NCBI GenBank assembly: GCA_965205865.1
Contig: CBDBHR010000030.1
Span: 1,191,866-1,255,865 of the forward strand
Direction: 5' to 3'
DNA length: 64,000 nt
Source of the DNA: a bacterium
GTDB taxonomy: Bacteria; SAR324; NAC60-12
Part shown: positions 29,603 to 39,521 of the stretch, piece after piece
How the letters are laid out: the number at the start of each line of letters is the position of its first letter
How positions within the stretch are numbered: position 1 is the first letter of the stretch
Translations under genes and position numbers: made by a program
The notes under the pieces: generated by a model
What the model saw: the letters and a program-made list of their open reading frames with translations, nothing else
The model's database searches: none
What the model was told of the DNA's origin: nothing

Positions 29603-31359
29603 TGGAAAAAAGTATAACCAGAAAAATCAATTCATTGTTGTTGACCCTCATCCTGATGGTGACCGTCCTGTGGGTCGGGTCGGTCGTTGCTGCTGAGAAA
29701 GAGATGGTCACCGACCCCACCACCGGTAAAATGGTGAGCGCACCGGAGTATGGCGGGACATTCAGCTGGGGCGATGCGCTCGAGCCTCCGCACTGTGACC
29801 CCTACCTGCATGGCCATGGGCCAAGGGTCATCGATGAAGTTGGAGAGAAGCTGGGCCTCGGGAACTGGGCAGTAGATCGGGCCGAACATAGCTTTTCAGA
29901 CCCGTGGATCCCTTCCCATTTCATGACAGGGGCGCTGGCGGAAAGCTGGGAGATGGCTGACCCACTGACCTATGTCTTCCACATTCGCCAGGGCATTCGC
30001 TGGCACGACAAGGCGCCGATGAATGGTCGGAAGTTCATTGCCCAGGATGTCGTCTATAACTTTCACCGTTATACAGGTACGGGCAGCGGCTTCAGCGAAC
30101 CGAGCGCCGGTGCCGGCAATCTCGCCTCAATACCATTCGAATCGATAACGGCCAGAGACGATGCGACGGTTGTCTTCAAACTGACGAAGCCAAAGGTAGA
30201 CCTGCCTGACGTTCTCCTGGTCGACTGGTATGCGTGGATATTACCCCCTGAGGTCATCGAGCAGCATGGCGACCTGACGGACTGCGACAACATGGTCGGC
30301 ACCGGGCCCTATATGCTGACCGAATGGGTCAAGGGCAGCTCCCTGACCTATTCCAAGAATCCTGACTACTGGGACTTCGACGAAAAATACCCGCAGAACC
30401 GCTTACCCTACATCGACCAGATAAATCGGTTGATCATGCCGGATAAGGCAACATCGCTGGCGGCGCTGCGCTCGGCCAAGCTCGATTACGTCGGTCAGCC
30501 TGGCATCAATCAGTTACAAGCGTCCCAGGTAGAGAGCCTCGAGCGCACCAACCCCGAAATCGTAGTATGGCCGTGGGCCTTTCGGTCGGAGACCTCCGCT
30601 GCATTCAACGTGCGCCACCCGTCGCCCTTTCAAGACATCCGGGTGCGTAAGGCCATGCAGATGGCCATTGATATCGAAACCATTAACAAGACCTACTTTG
30701 GGGGCTTTGGAATGACGACGCCCCAAGGGATTATAGGGGATGGTCTGAAGGGGTACTTCGTCCCATTCGAAGAGTGGCCCGAAGAGACCAAGAACGTCTT
30801 TACTTATGACCCGGAAGGGGCGATGCGGCTTCTGGCTGAAGCGGGCTATCCCAATGGCTTCAAGGCCGTCCATAACCCTTTGCCCTCATGGGGGCTGGGC
30901 TATCAAGAGATAGTCGTTGAATACTGGGCTGCGATTGGCGTTGACGTAGAGATCAAGACGCATGAAGGCACTCAGTTGACGGGATTAATAACTGACGGTT
31001 CGTATGAAGGCATGACCTTTATGGATCTCGGCAATGACACCTCGCCTCCCTTGCTGCTAAACCGGCTTCAAATCGGGGCGGTGTGGGGCCGCACCGGACA
31101 CCAGGACCCCGTGATGCAGTCCAAGGTTGAAGCCGCTATGGCCGCTCCCACCCTCGAGGAGCAGCAGCGGCTGACCGCGGAGGCAGATTTGTACATGATC
31201 GAGCAGCATTGGTACATATGGGGTCCCAAAGTTCCCCAATTCGACGCGATCCAGCCGTGGGTGATAGGTTTCAACGGTGAAATCTTTGTTGGCAACTCAC
31301 ATGCGCCGTTCTCCCGTCTGTGGATCGATAGTGCGCTGAAGAAAGAAATGGGGCATTAG
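29603..31359 (+). CDS. ABC transporter substrate-binding protein, family 5 (cluster 2)
   Basis: GAGGAGG Shine-Dalgarno 6 nt upstream of the MEKS start; signal peptide; EYGGTF, KAMQMA and WIDSALKKEMGH signature. ~60% GC versus ~45% for the backbone. Confidence 0.85.
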
Positions 31360-31464
31360 GAGCTGTGTTAAAACCTTGTTCCCCCTCTCCTGGTGGGAGG
31401 CAGAGAAGCAGTTTGGCCACAGGCGTGGCCAGTAAAAACTACTGAACGCGGGAGGGGGCATCAT

Positions 31465-32421
31465 ATGAAAGCCTATCTCATCCGGCGGGTATTGCTGGTA
31501 ATCCCCACCCTGTTTATCCTGAGCATCCTGGTCTTTCTCTCGGTGCGCTTCATCCCCGGCGACGTCGTAGATGCCATGTTGGGTCAGCTGCAGTCGACAA
31601 TAGGGAGGATAGACCGTGCAGCCGTTGAGCGTCGGCTGGGACTGGACGTGCCGGTCTGGGAGCAGTATGGACGCTGGATCGGCCAGATTCTCCGGCATGG
31701 CAGCCTGGGCAAATCCCTGTGGGGCGAATGGACGGTAGAGGAGAGGATACTAGCTAGCCTGCCGATCACCCTTGAGCTTGGCGTCCTGGCCATCGTAATC
31801 GGGCTTGTGATCGCGCTGCCCGTGGGTATCTACTCGGCGATGCGCCAGGATACGGTCGGCGATTACGCGGGGCGTTCCCTGGCCATCATCGGCCTGGCCA
31901 CGCCGAACTTCTGGCTGGCCATTATGGTGATACTCTACCCGGCCATCTGGTGGGGCTGGACGCCGCCGATGCAGTGGGTTCCTTTCACCAAAGACCCGCT
32001 GGGGAATCTCGGGATATTCCTCATTCCCAGCGCGATTCTGGGGACAGCCATGGCCGCCGCCACCATGCGCATGACGCGCACTATGATGCTGGAGGTGCTC
32101 CGGCAGGACTATATCCGCACCGCTTGGTCCAAGGGCCTCAGGGAGCGGGTCGTGATTATCCGGCACACCATCAAAAATGCCCTCATCCCGGTGGTAACTC
32201 TGATCGGCCTGCAGTTGCCGATCCTGGTAGGGGGCGCGGTGATCATGGAGAATATCTTCAACCTGCCGGGACTCGGTCGTCTCATGCTGGATGCCCTGCA
32301 ACACCGGGACTACCCGGTGGTCCAGGGAACCAACCTGTTTTTCGCGACCGGGGTGGTGCTGCTCAATCTTTTGATCGACCTGATATATCCCTATTTGGAC
32401 CCCAGAGTCAGATATGAATAG
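31465..32421 (+). CDS. ABC transporter permease, DppB-like (cluster 2)
   Basis: MKAYLIRRVLLVIPT...MRMTRTMMLEVLRQDYIRTAWSKGL; Shine-Dalgarno GGAGGGGG. Confidence 0.85.
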   Translation: MKAYLIRRVLLVIPTLFILSILVFLSVRFIPGDVVDAMLGQLQSTIGRIDRAAVERRLGLDVPVWEQYGRWIGQILRHGSLGKSLWGEWTVEERILASLPITLELGVLAIVIGLVIALPVGIYSAMRQDTVGDYAGRSLAIIGLATPNFWLAIMVILYPAIWWGWTPPMQWVPFTKDPLGNLGIFLIPSAILGTAMAAATMRMTRTMMLEVLRQDYIRTAWSKGLRERVVIIRHTIKNALIPVVTLIGLQLPILVGGAVIMENIFNLPGLGRLMLDALQHRDYPVVQGTNLFFATGVVLLNLLIDLIYPYLDPRVRYE

Positions 32422-32464
32422 TCGTTATGCTTCTGGTAAATATAGGTTTGAGATTCGTCTGTCA

Positions 32465-32885
32465 GAAGTAGTCCCTGAGGGACGAAAGGAAGTAGCCCAG
32501 CGATTCATCGCTGGGAACAAAAGATAGTCTCCTTCAAAGTCCCGGAGGGACGATACAACAATGAGGTTTCATGTCCCATTCCTACATCAGCAATCATCTT
32601 CATGGTGTCTTTTGCGCAAAAAACCGAGTTGAGATGATGACTCCTGAAATCAAAAAGCGCCTTTTTCCTTATTTGACATCATGAGCGTTATATTTGGGAG
32701 TAACTCGCTGGATCGAAGAAGTGTCGTCCCTCCGGGACTAGCTGAGGAGGAGGGGGGTTCCTTTCCCAGCGATGAATCGCTGGGCTATTCCCTTTCGTCC
32801 CTCTGGGACTAGCTGAGGAGGGGGTTCCTTTCCCAGCGATGAATCGCTGGGCTATTCCCTTTCGTCCCTCCAGGACTGCATTATA
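32465..32885. repeat. Cluster of short hairpin repeats inserted between the two permease genes of cluster 2
   Basis: Hairpin cccagcgattcatcgctggg at 32496, and its reverse complement twice (32766, 32833) inside a tandem ~70-bp unit. Multiple gtccctNNgggac palindromes. Confidence 0.7.
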
Positions 32886-32899
32886 GAAAAATCGAGAAC

Positions 32900-33868
32900 A
32901 TGAGCGACAGCATAGAGACGCCATCCCCGATCATTGAGTCCAAGCGACGGGGCCGGTTTGTGGATTTCTTCATCAGGCTGATCAGGGAAAAGCCCCTCGG
33001 GACGTTTGGCGGGATAGTCACCTTGATCTTTATTTTGTTGGCGATCTTTGCCGAGCTTCTGGCGCCTTATCCCTATCGGGAAATACACCTGGCCGACATA
33101 CTAAAAGGCCCAGCCGCCCAGTATCTGCTGGGGACCGACCATTTGGGGCGAGACCTGTTGAGCCGCCTTCTCTACGGGGCTCGTATTTCCTTGACCGTCG
33201 GTCTGGCCGCGACGGTGCTGAATGTGGTGGTCGCTGTCCTGATTGGCGGCACTTCCGGATTCCTGGGGGGGAAAGTGGACCTGGCGGTGCAGCGCTTTGT
33301 CGATGCCTGGATGGCCTTCCCGGGGCTGCTCTTGTTGTTAACCATCATGTCCATCGTGGGACAAGGCCTCCTCCAGATCATCGTGGTGTTGGGGATTACC
33401 GGAGGTGTCGGCGGCTCCCGAGTCATCCGAGGCGCCGTGGTGGGCATCAAAGAGAATGACTATTTCCTGGCAGCCAGGGCCGTAGGCACTCCCACGCGCC
33501 ATATCCTGACCCGCCATGTGCTGCCCAATATTATGGCGCCCCTCATCATCATCTTCTCGATCAACATTGGCGGCGTAATCATCGCCGAGGCGTCGCTGAG
33601 CTTCCTGGGATTCGGGCTGCCCCTCAAGGTTCCCAGCTGGGGAGGAATGCTCAGCCGGGAAGGGCGGGAATTCATGGAGCGGGCGCCCCGGCTGGCGCTC
33701 TGGCCGGGGCTGTGCCTGACGATTGTCGTCTACTCTCTCAACATGTTCGGAGACGCCATGCGAGACCTGCTGGATCCCCGGCTGCGAGGCGGACAGGGAA
33801 GTTACGGCGCCACGGGGAAACGCAAACGAGGTCTCTTGGCCCGACTGATCAACCCTTTCAACTGGTAA
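32900..33868 (+). CDS. ABC transporter permease, DppC-like (cluster 2)
   Basis: LLGTDHLGRD, SLTVGL, GDAMRDLLDPRLRG. Confidence 0.85.
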   Translation: MSDSIETPSPIIESKRRGRFVDFFIRLIREKPLGTFGGIVTLIFILLAIFAELLAPYPYREIHLADILKGPAAQYLLGTDHLGRDLLSRLLYGARISLTVGLAATVLNVVVAVLIGGTSGFLGGKVDLAVQRFVDAWMAFPGLLLLLTIMSIVGQGLLQIIVVLGITGGVGGSRVIRGAVVGIKENDYFLAARAVGTPTRHILTRHVLPNIMAPLIIIFSINIGGVIIAEASLSFLGFGLPLKVPSWGGMLSREGREFMERAPRLALWPGLCLTIVVYSLNMFGDAMRDLLDPRLRGGQGSYGATGKRKRGLLARLINPFNW

Positions 33869-33931
33869 GCGCGCAATATGAAATATACTCGCCTGAATCG
33901 AATGGTCTCTTAAGAGACCTCAATAGTAACC

Positions 33932-35386
33932 TTGAATATTAAAATGCGATCCCATATCTTGGTTCCTGTTCTCAACTCGAATCGATATCCTGCTTTGCCG
34001 GTCCTTCTTACAGATGCCATAGAAAATAAAATGAACTCTAATAAAGTCAGAGATTCGGTGGTTGCCCTTTTTACCTGCAAAGATCGTGTATTTGTCATCC
34101 AAAGGCAGTCTTATTTGACGGTTTTCCCCGGTTATCATTCATTTCCGGGAGGCAAAGTGGATCGGGAAGATTCGCATCAACCCTATGAGATTCGTTTTCT
34201 CCGTGACCACAAAGCCCAGATGATGCATGCCCTTTGTCGTGAAGTTGAAGAAGAATTGAATTTTGATTTGGCAGCCGCCATTTTAAGGGGTCAGGTCGAA
34301 CATTTTTCAAAATTCGGATATGCCATCACTCCTGTTTTCAATCCTGTTCGTTTCAATGCCCGATTTTATAGAATAGAACTGACCTCCCGGGTGGAATTCA
34401 ATGTGGACAGTAACGAAACGGCATGGGCGAGTTGGCTTTCTGCGCAGGATTTTATGAAGCAATACCAACAGGGACAGATTTTGGCTGCCGTTCCCACACT
34501 GCGCGTGATGGAGAGGTTGGCTGAAAATCCGAATGTCAATAATTTGGCAGAACTGCATTTGAGTTATGATCCGCAAAACGAAGTGCCTTGTATGCAGCCC
34601 GTCTATCAAGTAGTGCAGCTGCCGGTTCCATCGAATACTCTTCCTCCTGCGGAAAGCACGAATGCCTTCATTCTGGGCGATGATCATTGCGAGCGTTATC
34701 TGGTAGATCCTTCGCCGGCATCTCCGGAGGTGTTGGCACGTTTGCATCATGTGGTCCGTTCCTTCCGAATAACGGGTGTTTTTTTAACGCACCATCACCC
34801 GGATCATCATCAATTCTGCAACAAACTGGCCCGTGACTTTCAAGTTCCAATAAAAATGAGCCGGGATTCCTATGAACGGATTTGTAAGAAATTCGGCCAT
34901 GAATATTTTGACAAGCTTGAAATCCAGTTTGCTCAGGAAGGGGACATTCTCACTCAATGGCTGGGTAAAGATATCCAAATTTTTGAGATTCCAGGGCATG
35001 ATGAAGGGCAATTGGGGTTGGCGCCAACGACGATGGACTGGTTTCTGGTAGGAGATTTGATGCAGGGCGTCGGAACTGTCGTGATTGCAGCGCCGGAAGG
35101 AAATATGAAAAAATATTTTGCGTCCCTGGAGAAGGTCATCTCGTTGGACCCCAAGATCATCATTCCTTCTCATGGCATACCTCTGAGAACCACGTTGTAC
35201 CTCAAAAGAGCCCTGGAACATCGGCAGATGAGAGAGCGACAGATTCTACAACTTTACAAGGAGGGAAAATCAAAAGAGGAAATGTTGTCGACACTCTATC
35301 AGGATATCGACCCTCGATTACTGCAGGCAGCCTTGCGCAATATCGAATCCCATCTGGCAAAGCTGCAAACAGACCATTTGATTTGA
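33932..35386 (+). CDS. Fusion protein: N-terminal NUDIX hydrolase domain + C-terminal MBL-fold metallo-hydrolase domain
   Basis: Nudix box GGKVDREDSHQPYEIRFLRDHKAQMMHALCREVEEELN. MBL motif LTHHHPDHH plus downstream H/D ligands. The true start may be the internal MNSNK. Confidence 0.65.
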   Translation: MNIKMRSHILVPVLNSNRYPALPVLLTDAIENKMNSNKVRDSVVALFTCKDRVFVIQRQSYLTVFPGYHSFPGGKVDREDSHQPYEIRFLRDHKAQMMHALCREVEEELNFDLAAAILRGQVEHFSKFGYAITPVFNPVRFNARFYRIELTSRVEFNVDSNETAWASWLSAQDFMKQYQQGQILAAVPTLRVMERLAENPNVNNLAELHLSYDPQNEVPCMQPVYQVVQLPVPSNTLPPAESTNAFILGDDHCERYLVDPSPASPEVLARLHHVVRSFRITGVFLTHHHPDHHQFCNKLARDFQVPIKMSRDSYERICKKFGHEYFDKLEIQFAQEGDILTQWLGKDIQIFEIPGHDEGQLGLAPTTMDWFLVGDLMQGVGTVVIAAPEGNMKKYFASLEKVISLDPKIIIPSHGIPLRTTLYLKRALEHRQMRERQILQLYKEGKSKEEMLSTLYQDIDPRLLQAALRNIESHLAKLQTDHLI

Positions 35387-35491
35387 TATCTGAATCTTCA
35401 AGACCCTGATTTGATTATAGTGCCAGATGACACCAGATGAAAAATCAGAAACTTCCGGAGCATTGAATACGAAGGTTACGATAAGGACCGA

Positions 35492-35875
35492 TTATGCCCG
35501 GAGTTGTTTTGTTAGAATCGTATTTTCCCTTTTCAAAACTCTGAATTGTTCATCGAGTGCTGCAATGACGCTATTTTTCATGTGCAGCAATTCCAGGAGG
35601 GTTTCATCACACTCTCCGACGCGCACCAAGGACGTGCTCACCACCATCTCTTCTCTTCCAGTCTCATACCAAGTCGGATTGAGCCCATATTTAATCTGCA
35701 TGAGCATGACGGTTTGTTGGGACGGGTTGCTTTCCCCCCGTTTGATCTTGTAGAGCGCCTGCACTGAAATACCGATATTGTCCGTAACCTTTGTGAGTGA
35801 ATATCCTTTATCTGATTTTAAATAATCAAGAAATTCAGAAAAGCGCTTCCTTTGCGCATTGGATCGAACCGTCAT
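35492..35875 (-). CDS. XRE-type HTH regulator with coiled-coil tail (paralog 1)
   Basis: LTKVTDNIGISVQALYKIKRGESNPSQQTVMLM fits a helix-turn-helix; about 60% identical to the N-terminus of the neighbouring ORF. Confidence 0.6.
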   Translation of the reverse strand: MTVRSNAQRKRFSEFLDYLKSDKGYSLTKVTDNIGISVQALYKIKRGESNPSQQTVMLMQIKYGLNPTWYETGREEMVVSTSLVRVGECDETLLELLHMKNSVIAALDEQFRVLKRENTILTKQLRA

Positions 35876-35941
35876 TTTCTTATTTTTTAAAAGAGGTATG
35901 GATTTTATTCAAAAAGATGCTTGCAAAAATTTACCCTTGTT

Positions 35942-36619
35942 TCAGGAAGTTTTTCTATTTCGCGCGATCTTTTTTTCGAGTTCCTGCAGAAAATATTGGC
36001 GCAATCGCTCATCGACTTTTTTTGGAACCAGTTTTGTACCCCCGGCGATTATAGCGCTCAATGTTTTTTCCGGATTTTCTTCCGACACTATTTTTCCCTT
36101 GATCAGTAGCTTTTGGTCCATGGATAGTCCTGTTAACAATTTTTTTAATGCCAGTCCCGTCAGTCTTTCTTGGAGCAATTGTTTGTATTCATTGTATTTG
36201 GCCCGATTCAACTGGTTCACATTAACCGGCGCCTTTTGCCCAATTTTCTTTTGCATGATCGCATTTTTCTTTTTCAAGGACTCGTTTTGATGAGTTAACT
36301 CTTCAATCACATGATTCTTCATGCGGATCAATTCCATCAAAATCTCGTCCGAACGTTCAAGGAGACCCGAACCTTCCCTGACCTCCATCGTGCCTTGTCC
36401 GGTCTCGTACCAATTGGTATTCAATCCGTATTTGATCTTGAGTAACATAACGGTTTGTTTGGAAGGATTGATTTCTCCTCGTTTGATTTTGTAGAGTCCC
36501 TGTACCGAAATTCCGATGTTCTCAGCAACTTTAGAATAAGAAAATCCCTGATCTGATTTTAGATTCTCCAAAAATTCAGAGAACCTTCTTCTATGTAAGG
36601 CATCCCTATTAACACTCAT
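35942..36619 (-). CDS. XRE-type HTH regulator with extended coiled-coil C-terminus (paralog 2)
   Basis: The same HTH block (VAENIGISVQGLYKIKRGEINPSKQTVMLL) plus a ~120-aa K/E-rich tail. Confidence 0.6.
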   Translation of the reverse strand: MSVNRDALHRRRFSEFLENLKSDQGFSYSKVAENIGISVQGLYKIKRGEINPSKQTVMLLKIKYGLNTNWYETGQGTMEVREGSGLLERSDEILMELIRMKNHVIEELTHQNESLKKKNAIMQKKIGQKAPVNVNQLNRAKYNEYKQLLQERLTGLALKKLLTGLSMDQKLLIKGKIVSEENPEKTLSAIIAGGTKLVPKKVDERLRQYFLQELEKKIARNRKTS

Positions 36620-36749
36620 TGTTGAATTCTTTCATTTGAGATTAGCATTCCGGATCCACCCCCGAAATCGCGAATTGGGGCACTGTCCTTGTCATTACAA
36701 CAGACTTCCTTTGGAAAAGTTTTCTCCGGTTTTCAAGATATTATTAAAA

Positions 36750-36985
36750 TAACCTGAGTTCGACATAAATCTTCAATAATATGAGTATCCTAGCGTATAT
36801 GTCATCCTCGCGAAACTTGTCCCCGCGAAAGCGGGGAGCGGGGATCCGGATTTCAGTCTGGCTGCATACCTCCGGATTCCTTCCCTGCGTACGCAGGGAT
36901 CTCGCAGGAATGACAAGGTTTCTCTAAGATATGAAGATTCCATAACATATTGAATTTATTAAATTCTTATCTCGAACTCAGGTTA
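36750..36985. mobile_element. MITE copy A (~236 bp, Tc1/IS630-like, TA-flanked), inverted relative to copies B and C
   Basis: TIR TAACCTGAGTTCGACATAA ... TTATCTCGAACTCAGGTTA. Internal palindromes ccctgcgtacgcaggg and ccccgcgaaagcgggg. TA dinucleotide at both junctions. Confidence 0.8.
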
Positions 36986-37090
36986 AAATAGTCACCATAA
37001 AGCGTCGAATCGAACACTCCGGGAGCAAGTGAGCTGATGAAATTCAAATCATCCCGATTTATTTGCAGATTCTCCGAGTGGGAATGAAGG

Positions 37091-37702
37091 TTAAAGAATA
37101 TGCGAACTTTGTAGTAACGTAATACCGGCGGATTTCATTTCTTCCAGTGCGTTTTTCACGTCCCCTGAATTGAGATCGACTCCGCGCGTGCCGTCAGTGA
37201 TGAGATGAGTTTGATACCCCAAAGCCTGGGCATCCAATGCGGTGAATTTGACACAATAATCTGTCGCCAATCCCACCACATAAACCTCTGTCACACCTTT
37301 CTCTTTCAAATTCGAGTCCAGCCCGGTGGCGCTTTGGTGATCGTTGTCGAAAAATCCACTGTAGCTGTCGACGGTTTTTTTCATGCCTTTTTGGCATACG
37401 CAGGCAATTTTTGCCGTATTCAAACCTGCGATAAACGCTGCTCCTTCCGTGCCCTGCACACAATGCGCCGGCCACAGTATTTGTTCAATACCATGGAGCA
37501 TGATGATTTCCCCGGGTTCTTTGCCATGATGAACCGCAAAACTTTCATGGTCGGCAGGGTGCCAGTCCTGCGTTGCCACAACCAAGTCGAATGCGTTTTG
37601 CAATTGGTTGATCAAGGGAATGATTTGATCCCCTTGCGGAACTGGCAAGGCGCCACTCGGGGTAAAATCGTTTTGCAAGTCAACCAGGATCAATGCCCGC
37701 AT
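37091..37702 (-). CDS. pncA: Nicotinamidase/pyrazinamidase (isochorismatase family)
   Basis: LILVDLQNDF, the catalytic C in TDYCV, and K/D residues; 203 aa. Confidence 0.85.
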   Translation of the reverse strand: MRALILVDLQNDFTPSGALPVPQGDQIIPLINQLQNAFDLVVATQDWHPADHESFAVHHGKEPGEIIMLHGIEQILWPAHCVQGTEGAAFIAGLNTAKIACVCQKGMKKTVDSYSGFFDNDHQSATGLDSNLKEKGVTEVYVVGLATDYCVKFTALDAQALGYQTHLITDGTRGVDLNSGDVKNALEEMKSAGITLLQSSHIL

Positions 37703-37743
37703 AAGCCTTACCGTGCTGGAGGTTATTGGTAATAAACCTGAGT

Positions 37744-37984
37744 TCGAGATAAAAATTTAATAAATTCAATATGTTATGGAATCTTCATATCTTAGAGAAA
37801 CCTTTTCATTCCTGCGAGATCCCTGCGTACGCAGGGAAGGAATCCGGAGGTATGCAGCCAGACTGAAATCCGGATCCCAGCTCCCCGCTTTCGCGAGGAC
37901 AAGTTTCGCGGGGACAAGTTTCGCGAGGATGACATATACACTAGGATACTCATATTATTGAAGATTTATGTCGAACTCAGGTTA
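37744..37984. mobile_element. MITE copy B (~241 bp)
   Basis: Same element as 36750-36985 in the opposite orientation, with a short internal duplication (gacaagtttcgcg x2). Confidence 0.8.
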
Positions 37985-39448
37985 ACAATAGTTTTCCCGG
38001 ATCTGAAGAATCAGTTGAGTTTTCAAATCAAAAAGGGATTTTTCAATCCCCACCGGATATTGATGGGGATTGACGAATCGCGCGATACCGGGATGAAACT
38101 GGCACAATCCTTGCCGTACCTTCTTTCTGATTTGTTGAATGGAAGGCGTAGTATACACTTTTTTTCCTTTTTTGAAAATAGGAATCAACAAGTCTTCGGA
38201 TTGCATACCTGCAGGAATTTTTCGCTGCCGGGTCATGTCTAAGGGATCGACGATGGTGCATCCCTTGCTCAAGTCCGAATGGATGTCAAAAATCACATCT
38301 GCGCTATTTTCCTGCTCTGTGCGATAACGTCGAACCTGTTGAACGCCGGGTGTCGTCACTTTCACGGCTTGTTCAGAGATTTTGACGCGATGTTCCCAGG
38401 ACTGGCCGGGCTCTCGGGTTGCCGCAAGTTTATAGACACCGTCTAATGCCGGCTGGTCATAGGCAGTAGCCAATTTTGTACCGACACCCCACATGTCGAT
38501 TTTTGCATTTTGGTTTTTCAAACTGGCAATGATGAATTCGTCCAATTCATTGCTGACGACAATTTTTGTATCGGAAAACCCATTTTCGTCCAGCATCTTT
38601 CGCGCTTCAATGCTCAGGTACGCCAAATCCCCCGAATCCAGTCGGATTCCCAACAATGGATAGCCCTGAGCTTTCAGCCAACGTCCGGTTGCAATGGCAT
38701 TTTTCACGCCTTGCAGAGAAGAATAGGTATCGACGATGAGTACGCAGTTATTGGGTGAGGATTCAGCATAAGTCTGAAAGGCTTCCGCCTCTCCCGCAAA
38801 GCTCATCACCCAACTATGGGCGATGGTTCCGACAACCGGAATGCCGAAATTTTTCCCTGCCAATACGTTTGAAGTCCCCGCGCACCCTCCGATAAAAGAT
38901 GCCCGGCTGACCGTTAAACCACCGTCCACTCCTTGCGCGCGTCGAAGCCCGAATTCCAGAACAGGATCGCCTTTTGCGGCCAGACAGACGCGCGCGGCTT
39001 TGGTGGCAATCAAAGTCTGAAAGTTGATGATATTGAGTAAAATGGTTTCCAGTATCTGGCACTGCGCAAGGGGCCCCTGCACCCGTATCAGGGGTTCATA
39101 GGGAAAGACCACCGTTCCTTCGGGAATTGCATCGACATCGCATTGGAAACGAAGGGTTTTCAGATAACGCAAAAAATCTCTATGAAAGAGGGCTTTCTCA
39201 TCAATGCCTTGCAAAGAAGCCAGGTAGTCGAGTTCTTCCTGTTCAAAGCAGAAATTGTCCAGTAATTCGATGACGTTTTCTAAACCGCAGACGATGCCGA
39301 ATCCTCCTTTAAAAGGAAGGGTTCTGAAAAATAAATGAAATACGCTTTCTTTGGAAGCAATGCCGCTTTTCCAGTACCCGTAAGCCATGGTGAGTTGATA
39401 GAGATCTGTCAAAAGAATAGAATAACGTGAAATTCCTGGAGCTGTCAT
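37982..39448 (-). CDS. pncB: Nicotinate phosphoribosyltransferase
   Basis: 488 aa; LTDLYQLTMAYGYW N-terminal signature of NAPRTase. Confidence 0.9.
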   Translation of the reverse strand: MTAPGISRYSILLTDLYQLTMAYGYWKSGIASKESVFHLFFRTLPFKGGFGIVCGLENVIELLDNFCFEQEELDYLASLQGIDEKALFHRDFLRYLKTLRFQCDVDAIPEGTVVFPYEPLIRVQGPLAQCQILETILLNIINFQTLIATKAARVCLAAKGDPVLEFGLRRAQGVDGGLTVSRASFIGGCAGTSNVLAGKNFGIPVVGTIAHSWVMSFAGEAEAFQTYAESSPNNCVLIVDTYSSLQGVKNAIATGRWLKAQGYPLLGIRLDSGDLAYLSIEARKMLDENGFSDTKIVVSNELDEFIIASLKNQNAKIDMWGVGTKLATAYDQPALDGVYKLAATREPGQSWEHRVKISEQAVKVTTPGVQQVRRYRTEQENSADVIFDIHSDLSKGCTIVDPLDMTRQRKIPAGMQSEDLLIPIFKKGKKVYTTPSIQQIRKKVRQGLCQFHPGIARFVNPHQYPVGIEKSLFDLKTQLILQIRENYC

Positions 39449-39521
39449 TAGTATTTTTCCGAGTCGAATGGGTGCAGTGGGATCAAATCTATTCAGTCAA
39501 AAAAAGAGGCGAACATCTTGG

